From Eledone cirrhosa (taxonomy: Eukaryota), in assembly GCA_964016885.1 (NCBI GenBank), contig OZ024745.1, positions 10,726,001 to 10,790,000 of the forward strand: a DNA stretch of 64,000 bases. Direction: 5' to 3'. Under the pieces are notes generated by a model. That model had not been told where the DNA came from and searched no databases. It saw only the letters and a list, made by a program, of their open reading frames with translations. Made by a program: the position numbers and the translations under genes. Shown one piece after another: positions 27,801-40,900 of this stretch (position 1 is its first letter; each line of letters begins with the position of its first letter).

Positions 27801-30800
27801 GTTTAATAGTTGAGTATCTGTTGTAGAGAGTGACAGTTTGAAAGGAAGTTAATAGTTGAGTATCTGTTGTAGAGAGTGACACAGTTTGAAAGGAAGTTAA
27901 TAGTTGAGTATCTATTGTAGAGAGTGATACAGTTTGAAAGGAGTTTAATAGTTGAGTATCTGTTGTAGAGAGTGACAGTTTGAAAGGAAGTTAATAGTTG
28001 AGTATCTGTTGTAGAGAGTGACACAGTTTGAAAGGAAGGTATTAGTTGAGTATCTATTGTAGAGAGTGATACAGTTTGAAAGAAAGGTAATATTTAAGTA
28101 TCTATTGTAGAGAGTGATACAGTTTTAAAGGAGTTTAATAGTTGAGTATCTGTTGTAGAGAGTGACACAGTTTGAAAGGAAGTTAATTGTTGAGTATCTA
28201 TTGTAGAGAGTTACACAGTTTGAAAGAATGGTAATAGTTGAGTATCTGTTGTAGAGAGTGACACAGTTTGAAAGGAGGGTAATTATTGAGTAGCCATTGT
28301 AGAGAGTGACCCAGTTTGAAAGAAAGGTAATATTTGAGTATCTATTGTAGAGAGTGATACAGATTGAAAGGAGGTTAATAGTTGAGTATCTGTTGTAGAG
28401 AGTGACACAGTTTGAAAGGAGGTTAATAGATTAATATCTGTTGTAGAGAGTGACACAGTTTGAAAGAAAGGTAATATTTGAGTATCTATTGTAGAGAGTG
28501 ACAGTTTGAAAGGAAGTTAATTGTTGAGTATCTATTGTCGAGAGTGACTCAGTTTGAAAGAAAGGTAATAGTTGAGTATCTATTGTAGAGAGTGATACAG
28601 TTTGAAAAGAAGTTAATAGTTGAGTATCTATTGTAGAGAGTGACACAGTTTGAAAGCAAGGTAATAGTTGAGTATCTGTTGTAGCGAGTAACACAGTTTG
28701 AAAGGAAGGTAATAGTTGAGTATCTATTGTAGAGAGTGATACAGTTTGAAAGGAAGGTAATAGTTGAGTATCTGTTGTAGAGAGTGACACAGTTTGAAAG
28801 GTGGTTAATAGTTGAGTATCTGTTGTAGAGAGTGACACAGTTTCAAAGGAAGTTAATAGTTGAGTATCTGTTGTAGAGAGTGACAGTTTGAAAGGAAATT
28901 AATAGTTGAGTATCTGTTGTAGAGAGTGACACAGTTTGAAAGGAAGTTAATAGTTGAGTATCTATTGTAGAGAGTGACAGTTTGAAAGGAAGTTAATAGT
29001 TGAGTATCTGTTGTAGAGAGTGAAACAGTTTGAAAGGAAGTTAATAGTTGAGTATCTATTGTAGAGAGTGACAGTTTGAAAGGAAGTTAATAGTTGAGTA
29101 TCTGTTGTAGAGAGGGACGCAGTTTGAAAGGAAGTTAATAGTTGAGTATCTATTGTAGAGAGTGACACAGATTGAAAGAAAGGTAATATTTGAGTATCTA
29201 TTGTAGAGAGTGATACTGATTGAAAGGTGGTTAATAGTTGAGTATCTATTGTAGAGAGTGACACAGTTTGAAAGAAGGGTAATAGTTGAGTATTTTTTAT
29301 AGAGAGTGACACAGTTTGAAAGGAGGGTAATTGTTGTGTAGTTATTGTAGAGAGTGACACAGTTTGAAAGGAAGTTAATAGTTGAGTATCTGTTGTAGAG
29401 AGTGATACAGTTTGAAAGGAAGGTAATAGTTGAGCATCTATTGTAGAGAGTGACACAGTTTGAAAGGAAGGTAATAGTTGAGTATCTACTGTAGAGAGTG
29501 ATACAGTTTGAAAGGAAGGTAATAGTTGACTATCTGTTGTAGAGAGTGATACAGTTTGAAAGGTAATATTTGAGTATCTATTGTAGAGAGTGATACAGTT
29601 TGAAAGGAGGTTAATAGTTTAGTATCTGTTGTAGAGAGTGACACAATTTGAAAGGAAGTTAATAGTTGAGTATCTATTGTAGAGAGTGACACAGTTTGAA
29701 AGGAAGTCAATTGTTGAGTATCTATTGTAGAGAGTGATACAGTTTGAAAGAAAGGTAATGGTTGAGTATCTGATGTAGAGAGTGACACAGTGTGAAAAGA
29801 GGTTAATAGTTGAGTATCTGTTGTAGAGAGTGACACAGATTGAAAGGAAGGTAATAGTTGAGTATCTGTTGTAGAGAGTGACACAGTTTGAAAGGAAGTT
29901 AATAGCTGAGTATCTGTTGTAGAGAGTGACAGTTTTAAAGGAAGTTAATAGTTGAGTATCTGTTGTATAGAGTGACACAGTTTGAAAGGAAGTTAATAAT
30001 AGAGTATCTGTTGTAGAGAGTGACACAGTTTGAAAGGAATGTATTAGTTGAGTATCTGTTGTAGAGAGTGACACAACTTGAAAGGAAGGTAATAGTTGAG
30101 TATATACTGTAGAGAGTGACCCAGTTTGAAAGGAAGGTAATAGTTGAGTATCTATTGTAGAGAGTGATACAGTTTGAAAGGAAGTTAATAGTTGAGTATC
30201 TATTGTAGAGAGTGATACAGTTTGAAAGGAAGGTAATATTTGAGTATCTGTTGTAGAGAGTGACACATTTTGAAAGGAAGGTAATAGTTGAGTATCTATT
30301 GTAGAGAGTGATACAGTTTGAAAGGAAGTTAATAGTTGAGTATCTATTGTAGAGAGTGACACGGTTTGAAAGCAAGGTAATAGTTGAGTATCTGTTGTAG
30401 AGAGTGACACAGTTTGAAAGGAAGGTAATAGTTGAGTATCTGTTGTAGAGAGGGACACAGTTTCAAAGGAAGTTAATAGTTGAGTATCTGTTGTAGAGAG
30501 TGACAGTTTGAAAGGAAGTTAATACTTGAGTATCTGTTGTAGAGAGTGACAGTTTGAAAGGAAGTTAATAGTTGAGTATCTGTTGTAGAGAGTGACACAG
30601 TTTGAAAGGAAGTTAATAGTTGAGTATCTATTGTAGAGAGTGACACAGTTTGAAAGAAATGTAATATATGAGTATCTACTGTAGAGAGTGATACTGATTG
30701 AAAGGTGGTTAATAGTTGAGAATCTGTTGTAGAGAGTGACACAGTTTGAAAGGAAGGTATTAGTTGAGTATCTGTTATAGAGAGTGATTCAATTTTAAAG

Positions 30801-30960
30801 GCGGGTAATAGTTGAGTATGTATTGTAGACAGTGACACAGTTTGAAAGAAAGGTAATATTTGAGTATCTATTGTAGAGAGTGATACAGTTTGAAAGGAGT
30901 TTAAAAGTTGAGTATCTGTTGTAGAGAGTGACACAGTTTGAAAGGAAGGTAATAGTTGAG
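21850..30960. repeat. Higher-order duplication, offset 4672-4720 bp (~98-99 monomers)
   Basis: ORF-track pairs 23711/28431, 24242/28962, 24766/29486, 25215/29935 and 25753/30473 are all offset 4720; pair 22574/27246 is offset 4672. Multi-base variants TAGATTAATATC and TATTTTTTATAG occur in both copies. Confidence 0.9.
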
Positions 30961-33900
30961 TATCTATTGTAGAGAGTGACAGTTTGAAAGAAAGGTAATA
31001 TTTAAGTATCTATTGTAGAGAGTGACACAGTTTGAAAGGATGTTAATAGTTGAGTATCTATCGTAGAGAGTGACACAGTTTGAAAGAAGTGTAATAGTTG
31101 AGTATCTGTTGTAGAGAGTGGTACAGTTTGAAAGGAAGTTAATTGTTGAGTATCTATTGTAGAGAGTGACACAGTTTGAAAGAAGGGCAATAGTTGAGTA
31201 TCTGTTGTAGAGAGTGACACAGTTTGAAAGAAGGGTAATAGTTGAGTATCTGTTGTAGAGAGTGACACAGTTTGAAAGGAGGGTAATTGTTGAGTAGCTA
31301 TTGTAGAGAGTGACACAGTTTGAAAGGAGGGTAATTGTTGAGTATCTGTTGTAGAGAGTGACACATTTTGAAAGGAAGGTAATAGTTGAGTATCTGTTGT
31401 AGAGAGTGACACAGTTTGAAAGAAAGGTAATATTTGAGTATGTATTGTAGAGAGTGATACAGATTGAAAGGAGGTTAATAGTTGAGTATCCTTTGTAGAG
31501 AGTGACACAGTTTGAAAGGAGGTTAATAGTTGAATATCTGTTGTAGAGAGTGACACAGTTTGAAACGAAGTTAATATTTGAGTATCTGTTGTAGAGAGTG
31601 ATACAGTTTGAAAGGAAGGTAATAGTTGAGTATCTATTGTAGAAAATTACACAGTTTGAAAGGAGGTTAATAGTTGAGTATCTGTTGTAGAGAGTGACAC
31701 AGTTTGAAAGGAAGGTAATAGTTGAGTATCTGTTGTAGAGACTGACAGTTTGAAAGGAAGTTAATAGTTGAGAATCTGTTGTAGAGAGTGACACATTTTG
31801 AAAGGAAGGTAATAGTTGAGTATCTGTTGTAGAGAGTGAAACAGTTTGAAAGGAAGGTAATAATTGAGTATCTGTTGTAGAGAGTGATACAGTTTGAAAG
31901 GAAGGTCATAGTTGAGTATCTATTGTAGAGAGTGATACAGTTTGAAAGGAAGGTAATATTTGAGTATCTGTTGTAGAGAGTGACACAGTTTGAAAGGAAG
32001 GTAATAGTTGAGTATCTATTGTAGAGAGTGATACAGTTTGAAAGTAAGTTAATAGTTGAGTATCTATTGTAGAGAGTGACACAGTTTGAAAGAAAGGTAA
32101 TATTTGAGTATCTATTGTAGAGAGTGATAATGATTGAAAGGAAGGTAATAGTTGAGTATCTGTTGTAGAGAGTGACGCAGTTTGAAAGGAAGGTAATAGT
32201 TGAGTATCTGTTTTAGAGAGTGACACAACTTGAAAGGAAGGTAATAGTTGAGTATCTGTTTTAGAGAGTGACACAACTTGAAAGGAAGGTAATAGTTGAG
32301 TATCTGTCGTAGCGAGTGTCACAGTTTGAAAGGAGGTTAATAGTTGAGTATCTGTTTTAGAGAGTTACACAGTTTGAAAGGAAGTTAATTGTTGAGTATC
32401 TGTTGTAGAGAGTGATACAGTTTGAAAGGAAGGTAATAAATGGGTATCTGTTGTAGAGAGTGACACAGTTTGAAAAGAGGTTAATAGTTGAGTATCTGTT
32501 GTAGAGAGTGACACAGTTTGAAAGGAAGGTAATAGTTGAGTATCTGTTGTAGAGAGTGACACAGTTTGAAAGGAAGTTAATAGTTGAGTATCTGTTGTAG
32601 AGACTGACAGTTTGAAAGGAAGTTAACAGTTGAGTATCTCTTGTAGAGAGTGACACAGTTTGAAAAGAAGTTAATAATTGAGTATCTATTGTAGAGAGTG
32701 ATACAGTTTGAAAGGAAGGTAATAGTTGAGTATCTGTTGTAGAGAGTGACACAGTTTGAAGGGAAGATAATAGCTGAGTATTTGTTGTAGAGAGTGACAG
32801 TTTGAAAGAAAGGTAATATTTGAGTATCTATTGTAGAGAGTGACACAGTTTGAAAGGAAGTTAATAGTTGAGTATCTATTGTAGAGAGTGACACAGTTTG
32901 AAAGGAAGGTAATAGCTGAGCATCTATTGTAGAGAGTGATACAGTTTGAAAGGAGGTTAATAGTTGTGTATTTATTGTAGAGAGTGATACAGTTTGAAAG
33001 GTAGTTAATAGTTGAGTATCTGTTGTAGAGAGTGAAACAGTTTCAAAAGAGGTTAATAGTTGAGTATCTGTTGTAGAGAGTGACACAGTTTGAAAAGAAG
33101 GTAATAGTTGAGTATCTGTTGTAGAGAGTGACACAGTTTGAAAGGAAGTTAATAGTTGAGTATCTATTGTAGAGAGTGATACAGTTTGAAAGGAAGGTAA
33201 TAGTTGAGTATCTGTTGCAGAGAGTGACACAGTTTGAAAGGAAGGTAATAATTGAGTATCTATTGTAGAGAGTGACACAGTTTGAAAGGAAGGTAATAGT
33301 TGAGTATCTGTTGTAGTGAGTGATACAGTTGTAAAGGAAGGTAATAGTTGAGTATCTGTTGTAGAGAGTGACACAATTGAAAGGAAGGTAATAGTTGAGT
33401 ATCTGTCGTAGAGAGTGATACATTTTGAAAGGAAGGTAATATTTGAGTATCTGTTGTAGAGAGTGACACAGTTTAAAAGGAAGGTAATAGTTGAGTATCT
33501 ATTGTAGAGAGTGATACAGTTTGAAAGTAAGTTAATAGTTGAGTATCTATTGTAGAGAGTGACACAGTTTGAAAGCAAGGTTATAGTTGAGTATCTGTTG
33601 TAGAGAGTGACACAGTTTGAAGGGAAGATAATAGTTGAGTATTTGTTGTAGAGAGTGACAGTTTGAAAGAAAGGTAATATTTGAGTATCTATTGTAGAGA
33701 GTGACACAGTTTAAAAGGAAGTTAATAGTTGAGTATCTATTGTAGAGAGTGACACAGTTTGAAAGGAAGGTAATAGTTGAGCATCTATTGTAGAGAGTGA
33801 TACAGTTTGAAAGGAGGTTAATAGTTGTGTATCTATTGTAGAGAGTGATACAGTTTGAAAGGTAGTTAATAGTTGAGTATCTGTTGTAGAGAGTGAAACA

Positions 33901-36900
33901 GTTTGAAAGGAAGGTAATAGTTGAGTATCTGTCGTAGCGAGTGTCACAGTTTGAAAGGAGGTTAATAGTCGAGTATCTGTTGTAGAGAGTTAAACAGTTT
34001 GAAAGGAAGTTAATTGTTGAGTATCTGTTGTAGAGAGTGATACAGTTTAAAAGGAAGGTAATAGTTGAGTATCTGTTGTAGAGAGTGACACAGTTTGAAA
34101 AGAGGTTAATAGTTGAGTATCTGTGGTAGAGAGTGACACAGTTTGAAAGTAAGGTAATAGTTGAGTATCTGTTGTAGAGAGTGACACAGTTTGAAAGGAA
34201 GTTATTAGTTGAGTATCTGTTGTAGAGACTGACAGTTTGAAAGGAAGTTAATAGTTGAGTATCTGTTGTAGAGAGTGACACAGTTTGAAAGGAAGGTAAT
34301 AGTTGAGTATCTGTTGTAGAGAGGGACACAGTTTCAAAGGAAGTTAATAGTTGAGTATCTGTTGTAGAGAGTGACAGTTTGAAAGGAAGTTAATACTTGA
34401 GTATCTGTTGTAGAGAGTGACAGTTTGAAAGGAAGTTAATAGTTGAGTATCTGTTGTAGAGAGTGACACAGTTTGAAAGGAAGTTAATAGTTGAGTATCT
34501 ATTGTAGAGAGTGACACAGTTTGAAAGAAATGTAATATATGAGTATCTACTGTAGAGAGTGATACTGATTGAAAGGTGGTTAATAGTTGAGAATCTGTTG
34601 TTGAGAGTGACACAGTTTGAAAGGAAGGTATTAGTTGAGTATCTGTTATAGAGAGTGATTCAATTTTAAAGGCGGGTAATAGTTGAGTATGTATTGTAGA
34701 CAGTGACACAGTTTGAAAGAAAGGTAATATTTGAGTATCTATTGTAGAGAGTGATACAGTTTGAAAGGAGTTTAAAAGTTGAGTATCTGTTGTAGAGAGT
34801 GACACAGTTTGAAAGAAGTGTAATAGTTGAGTATCTGTTGTAGAGAGTGGTACAGTTTGAAAGGAAGTTAATTGTTGAGTATCTATTGTAGAGAGTGACA
34901 CAGTTTGAAAGAAGGGCAATAGTTGAGTATCTGTTGTAGAGAGTGACACAGTTTGAAAGAAGGGTAATAGTTGAGTATCTGTTGTAGAGAGTGACACAGT
35001 TTGAAAGGAGGGTAATTGTTGAGTAGCTATTGTAGAGAGTGACACAGTTTGAAAGGAGGGTAATTGTTGAGTATCTGTTGTAGAGAGTGACACATTTTGA
35101 AAGGAAGGTAATAGTTGAGTATCTGTTGTAGAGAGTGACACAGTTTGAAAGAAAGGTAATATTTGAGTATGTATTGTAGAGAGTGATACAGATTGAAAGG
35201 AGGTTAATAGTTGAGTATCCTTTGTAGAGAGTGACACAGTTTGAAAGGAGGTTAATAGTTGAATATCTGTTGTAGAGAGTGACACATTTTGAAACGAAGT
35301 TAATATTTGAGTATCTGTTGTAGAGAGTGATACAGTTTGAAAGGAAGGTAATAGTTGAGTATCTATTGTAGAAAATTACACAGTTTGAAAGGAGGTTAAT
35401 AGTTGAGTATCTGTTGTAGAGAGTGACACAGTTTGAAAGGAAGGTAATAGTTGAGTATCTGTTGTAGAGACTGACAGTTTGAAAGGAAGTTAATAGTTGA
35501 GAATCTGTTGTAGAGAGTGACACATTTTGAAAGGAAGGTAATAGTTGAGTATCTGTTGTAGAGAGTGAAACAGTTTGAAAGGAAGGTAATAATTGAGTAT
35601 CTGTTGTAGAGAGTGATACAGTTTGAAAGGAAGGTCATAGTTGAGTATCTATTGTAGAGAGTGATACAGTTTGAAAGGAAGGTAATATTTGAGTATCTGT
35701 TGTAGAGAGTGACACAGTTTGAAAGGAAGGTAATAGTTGAGTATCTATTGTAGAGAGTGATACAGTTTGAAAGTAAGTTAATAGTTGAGTATCTATTGTA
35801 GAGAGTGACACAGTTTGAAAGAAAGGTAATATTTGAGTATCTATTGTAGAGAGTGATAATGATTGAAAGGAAGGTAATAGTTGAGTATCTGTTGTAGAGA
35901 GTGACGCAGTTTGAAAGGAAGGTAATAGTTGAGTATCTGTTTTAGAGAGTGACACAACTTGAAAGGAAGGTAATAGTTGAGTATCTGTTTTAGAGAGTGA
36001 CACAACTTGAAAGGAAGGTAATAGTTGAGTATCTGTCGTAGCGAGTGTCACAGTTTGAAAGGAGGTTAATAGTTGAGTATCTGTTTTAGAGAGTTACACA
36101 GTTTGAAAGGAAGTTAATTGTTGAGTATCTGTTGTAGAGAGTGATACAGTTTGAAAGGAAGGTAATAAATGGGTATCTGTTGTAGAGAGTGACACAGTTT
36201 GAAAAGAGGTTAATAGTTGAGTATCTGTTGTAGAGAGTGACACAGTTTGAAAGGAAGTTAATAGTTGAGTATCTGTTGTAGAGACTGACAGTTTGAAAGG
36301 AAGTTAACAGTTGAGTATCTCTTGTAGAGAGTGACACAGTTTGAAAAGAAGTTAATAATTGAGTATCTATTGTAGAGAGTGATACAGTTTGAAAGGAAGG
36401 TAATAGTTGAGTATCTGTTGTAGAGAGTGACACAGTTTGAAGGGAAGATAATAGCTGAGTATTTGTTGTAGAGAGTGACAGTTTGAAAGAAAGGTAATAC
36501 TTGAGTATCTATTGTAGAGAGTGACACAGTTTGAAAGGAAGTTAATAGTTGAGTATCTATTGTAGAGAGTGACACAGTTTGAAAGGAAGGTAATAGCTGA
36601 GCATCTATTGTAGAGAGTGATACAGTTTGAAAGGAGGTTAATAGTTGTGTATTTATTGTAGAGAGTGATACAGTTTGAAAGGTAGTTAATAGTTGAGTAT
36701 CTGTTGTAGAGAGTGAAACAGTTTCAAAAGAGGTTAATAGTTGAGTATCTGTTGTAGAGAGTGACACAGTTTGAAAAGAAGGTAATAGTTGAGTATCTGT
36801 TGTAGAGAGTGACACAGTTTGAAAGGAAGTTAATAGTTGAGTATCTATTGTAGAGAGTGATACAGTTTGAAAGGAAGGTAATAGTTGAGTATCTGTTGCA

Positions 36901-37970
36901 GAGAGTGACACAGTTTGAAAGGAAGGTAATAATTGAGTATCTATTGTAGAGAGTGACACAGTTTGAAAGGAAGGTAATAGTTGAGTATCTGTTGTAGTGA
37001 GTGATACAGTTGTAAAGGAAGGTAATAGTTGAGTATCTGTTGTAGAGAGTGACACAATTGAAAGGAAGGTAATAGTTGAGTATCTGTCGTAGAGAGTGAT
37101 ACATTTTGAAAGGAAGGTAATATTTGAGTATCTGTTGTAGAGAGTGACACAGTTTAAAAGGAAGGTAATAGTTGAGTATCTATTGTAGAGAGTGATACAG
37201 TTTGAAAGTAAGTTAATAGTTGAGTATCTATTGTAGAGAGTGACACAGTTTGAAAGCAAGGTAATAGTTGAGTATCTGTTGTAGAGAGTGACACAGTTTG
37301 AAGGGAAGATAATAGTTGAGTATTTGTTGTAGAGAGTGACAGTTTGAAAGAAAGGTAATATTTGAGTATCTATTGTAGAGAGTGACACAGTTTAAAAGGA
37401 AGTTAATAGTTGAGTATCTATTGTAGAGAGTGACACAGTTTGAAAGGAAGGTAATAGTTGAGCATCTATTGTAGAGAGTGATACAGTTTGAAAGGAGGTT
37501 AATAGTTGTGTATCTATTGTAGAGAGTGATACAGTTTGAAAGGTAGTTAATAGTTGAGTATCTGTTGTAGAGAGTGAAACAGTTTGAAAGGAAGGTAATA
37601 GTTGAGTATCTGTCGTAGCGAGTGTCACAGTTTGAAAGGAGGTTAATAGTCGAGTATCTGTTGTAGAGAGTTAAACAGTTTGAAAGGAAGTTAATTGTTG
37701 AGTATCTGTTGTAGAGAGTGATACAGTTTAAAAGGAAGGTAATAGTTGAGTATCTGTTGTAGAGAGTGACACAGTTTGAAAAGAGGTTAATAGTTGAGTA
37801 TCTGTGGTAGAGAGTGACACAGTTTGAAAGTAAGGTAATAGTTGAGTATCTGTTGTAGAGAGTGACACAGTTTGAAAGGAAGTTATTAGTTGAGTATCTG
37901 TTGTAGAGACTGACAGTTTGAAAGGAAGTTAATAGTTGAGTATCTGTTGTAGAGAGTGACACAGTTTGAA
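30400..37970. repeat. Higher-order duplication, offset 3681-3871 bp
   Basis: Pairs 31667/35396, 31906/35635 and 32357/36086 are offset 3729. Pairs 32577/36258, 33043/36724 and 33711/37392 are offset 3681, and 30473/34344 is offset 3871. The offsets change by whole monomers. Confidence 0.88.
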
Positions 37971-40900
37971 AGGAAGTTAATAATTGAGTATCTATTGTAG
38001 AGAGTGATACAGTTTCAAAGGAAGGTAATAGATGAGTATCTGTTGTAGAGAGTGATACAGTTTGAAAGGTAATATTTGAGTATCTATTGTAGAGAGTGAT
38101 ACAGTTTGAAAGGAGATTAATAGTTCACTATCTGTTGTAGAGAGTGACAGTTTGAAAGGAAGGTAATAATTGAGTAACTATTGTAGAGAGTGACAGAGTT
38201 TTAAAGGAAGGTAATAGTTGAGTATCTGTTGTAGAGAGTGACACAATTGAAAGGAAGTTAATAGTTGAGTATCTGTCGTAGACAGTGTCACAGTTTGAAA
38301 TGAGGTTAATAGTTGAGTATCTGTTGTAGAGTGTTACACAGTTTGAAAGGAAGGTAATAGTTGAGTATCTGTTGTAGATAGTGACACAGTTTGAAAGGAA
38401 GTTAATAATTGAGTATCTATTGTAGAGAGTGATACATTTTGAAAGGAAGGTAATAGTTGAGTATTTGTTGTAGAGAGTGATACAGTTTGAAAGGAGGTTA
38501 ATAGTTGATTATCTGTTGTAGAGAGTGACATAGTTTGAAAGGAAGGTATTAGTTGAGTATCTGTGTAGAGAGTGATACAATTTGAAAAGAGGTTAATAGT
38601 TGAGTATCTGTTGTAGAGAGTGATACAGTTTGAAAGGAAGGTATTAGTTGTGTATCTGTTGTAGAGAGTGACAAAACTTGAAAGGAAGGTAATAGTTGAG
38701 TATCTATTGTAGAGAGTGACACAGTTTTAAAGGAAGGTAATAGTTGAGTATCTGTTGTAGAGAGTGACACATTTTGAAAGGAAGGTAATAGTTGAGTATC
38801 TGTTGTAGAGAGTGATACAGTTTGAAAGGAAGGTAATAGTTGAGTATCTATTGTAGAGAGTGATACAGTTTGAAATGAGGTTAATAGTTGAGTATCTATT
38901 GTAGAGAGTGATACAGTTTGAAAGGAAGGCAATAGTTGAGTATCTGTTGTAGAGAGTGACACAGTTTGAAAGGAGGTTAATAGTTGAGTATCTGTTGTAG
39001 AGAGTGACACAGTTTCAAAGGAAGTTAATAGTTGAGTATCTGTTGTAGAGAGTGATACTTATTGAAAGGTGGTTAATAGTTGAGTATCTGTTGTAGAGAG
39101 TGACACAGTTTGAAAGGAAGGTATTAGTTGAGTATCTGTTGTAGAGATTGATACAGTTTGAAAGGCGGGTAATAGTTGAGTATCTGTTGTAGAGAGTGAC
39201 ACAGTTTGAAAGGAAGGTAATAGTTGAGTATCTATTGTAGAGAGTGACACAGTTTGAAAGGATGTTAACAGTTGAGTATCTGTTGTAGAGAGTAATACAG
39301 TTTTAAAGGAAGGTAATAGATGAGTATCTGTTGTAGTGAGTGATACAGTTTGAAAGGAAGTTAATTGTTGAGTATCTATTGTAGAAAGTGACACAGTTTG
39401 AAAGGGAGGTAATAGTTGAGTATCTGTTGTAGAGAGTGACACAATTTGAAAGAAGGGTAATAGTTGAGTATCTGTTGTAGAGAGTGACACAGTTTGAAAG
39501 GAAGGTAATAGTTGAGTATCTGTTGTAGTGAGTGATACAGTTTTAAAGGAAGGTAATAGTTGAGTATCTGTTGTAGAGAGTGACACAATTGAAAGGAAGG
39601 AAATAGTTGAGTATCTGTTGTAGAGAGTGACACATTTTGAAAGGAAGGTAATAGTTGAGTATCTATTGTAGAGAGTGACACAGTTTGAAAGAAAGGTAAT
39701 ATTTGAGTATCTATTGTAGAGAGTGATACAGATTGAAAGGAGGTTAATAGTTGAGTATCTGTTGTAGAGAGTGACACAGTTTGAAAGGAGGTTAATAGTT
39801 GAATATATGTTGTAGAGAGTGACACAGTTTGAAAGAAAGGTAATAGTTGAGTATTTGTTGTAGAGAGTGATACCGTTTGAAAGGAAGGTAATAGTTGAGT
39901 ATCTGTTGTAGAGAGTGACACAGTTTGAAAGGAAGGTAATAGTTGAGTATCTGTTGTAGAGAGTGACACAATTTGAAAGGAAAGTAATAGTTGAGTATCT
40001 GTCGTAGCGAGTGTCACAGTTTGAAAGGAGGTTAATAGTTGAGTATCTGTTGTAGAGAGTAATACAGTTTTAAAGGAAGGTAATAGATGAGTATCTGTTG
40101 TAGAGAGTGACACAGTTTGAAAAGAGGTTAATAGTTGAGTATCTGTTGTAGAGATTGACACAGTTTGAAAGGAAGGTAATAGTTGAGTATCTGTTGTAGA
40201 GAGTGACACAATTTGAAAGGAAGTTAATAGTTGAGTATCTGTTGTAGAGACTGACAGTTTGAAAGGTAGTTAATAGTTGAGTATCTGTTGTAGAGAGTGA
40301 CACATTTTGAAAGGAAGGTAATAGTTGAGTATCTGTTGTAGAGAGTGAAACAGTTTGAAAGGAAGGTAATAATTGAGTATCTGTTGTAGAGAGTGATACA
40401 GTTTGAAAGGAAGGTAATACTTGAGTATCTATTGTAGAGAGTGATACAGTTTGAAAGGAAGTTAATAGTTGAGTATCTTTTGTAGAGAGTGATACAGTTT
40501 GAAAGGAAGGTAATATTTGAGTATCTGTTGTAGAGAGTGACACAGTTTGAAAGGAAGGTAATAGTTGAGTATCTATTGTAGAGAGTAATACAGTTTGAAA
40601 GTAAGTTAATAGTTGAGTATCTTTTGTAGAGAGTGAAACAGTTTGAAAGGAGCTTAATAGTTGAGTATCTTTTGTAGAGAGTGAAACAGTTTGAAAGGAG
40701 CTTAATAGTTGTGTATCTATTGTAGAGAGTGATACAGTTTGAAAGGAAGTTAATAGTTGGGTATCTGTTGTAGAGAGTGACACAGTTTGAAAGGAAGTTA
40801 ATAGTTGCGTATCTGTTGTAGCGAGTGATACATTTTGAAAGGAAGTTAATAGTTGAGTATCTGTTGTAGAGAGTGACACAAATTAAAAGGAAGTTAATAG

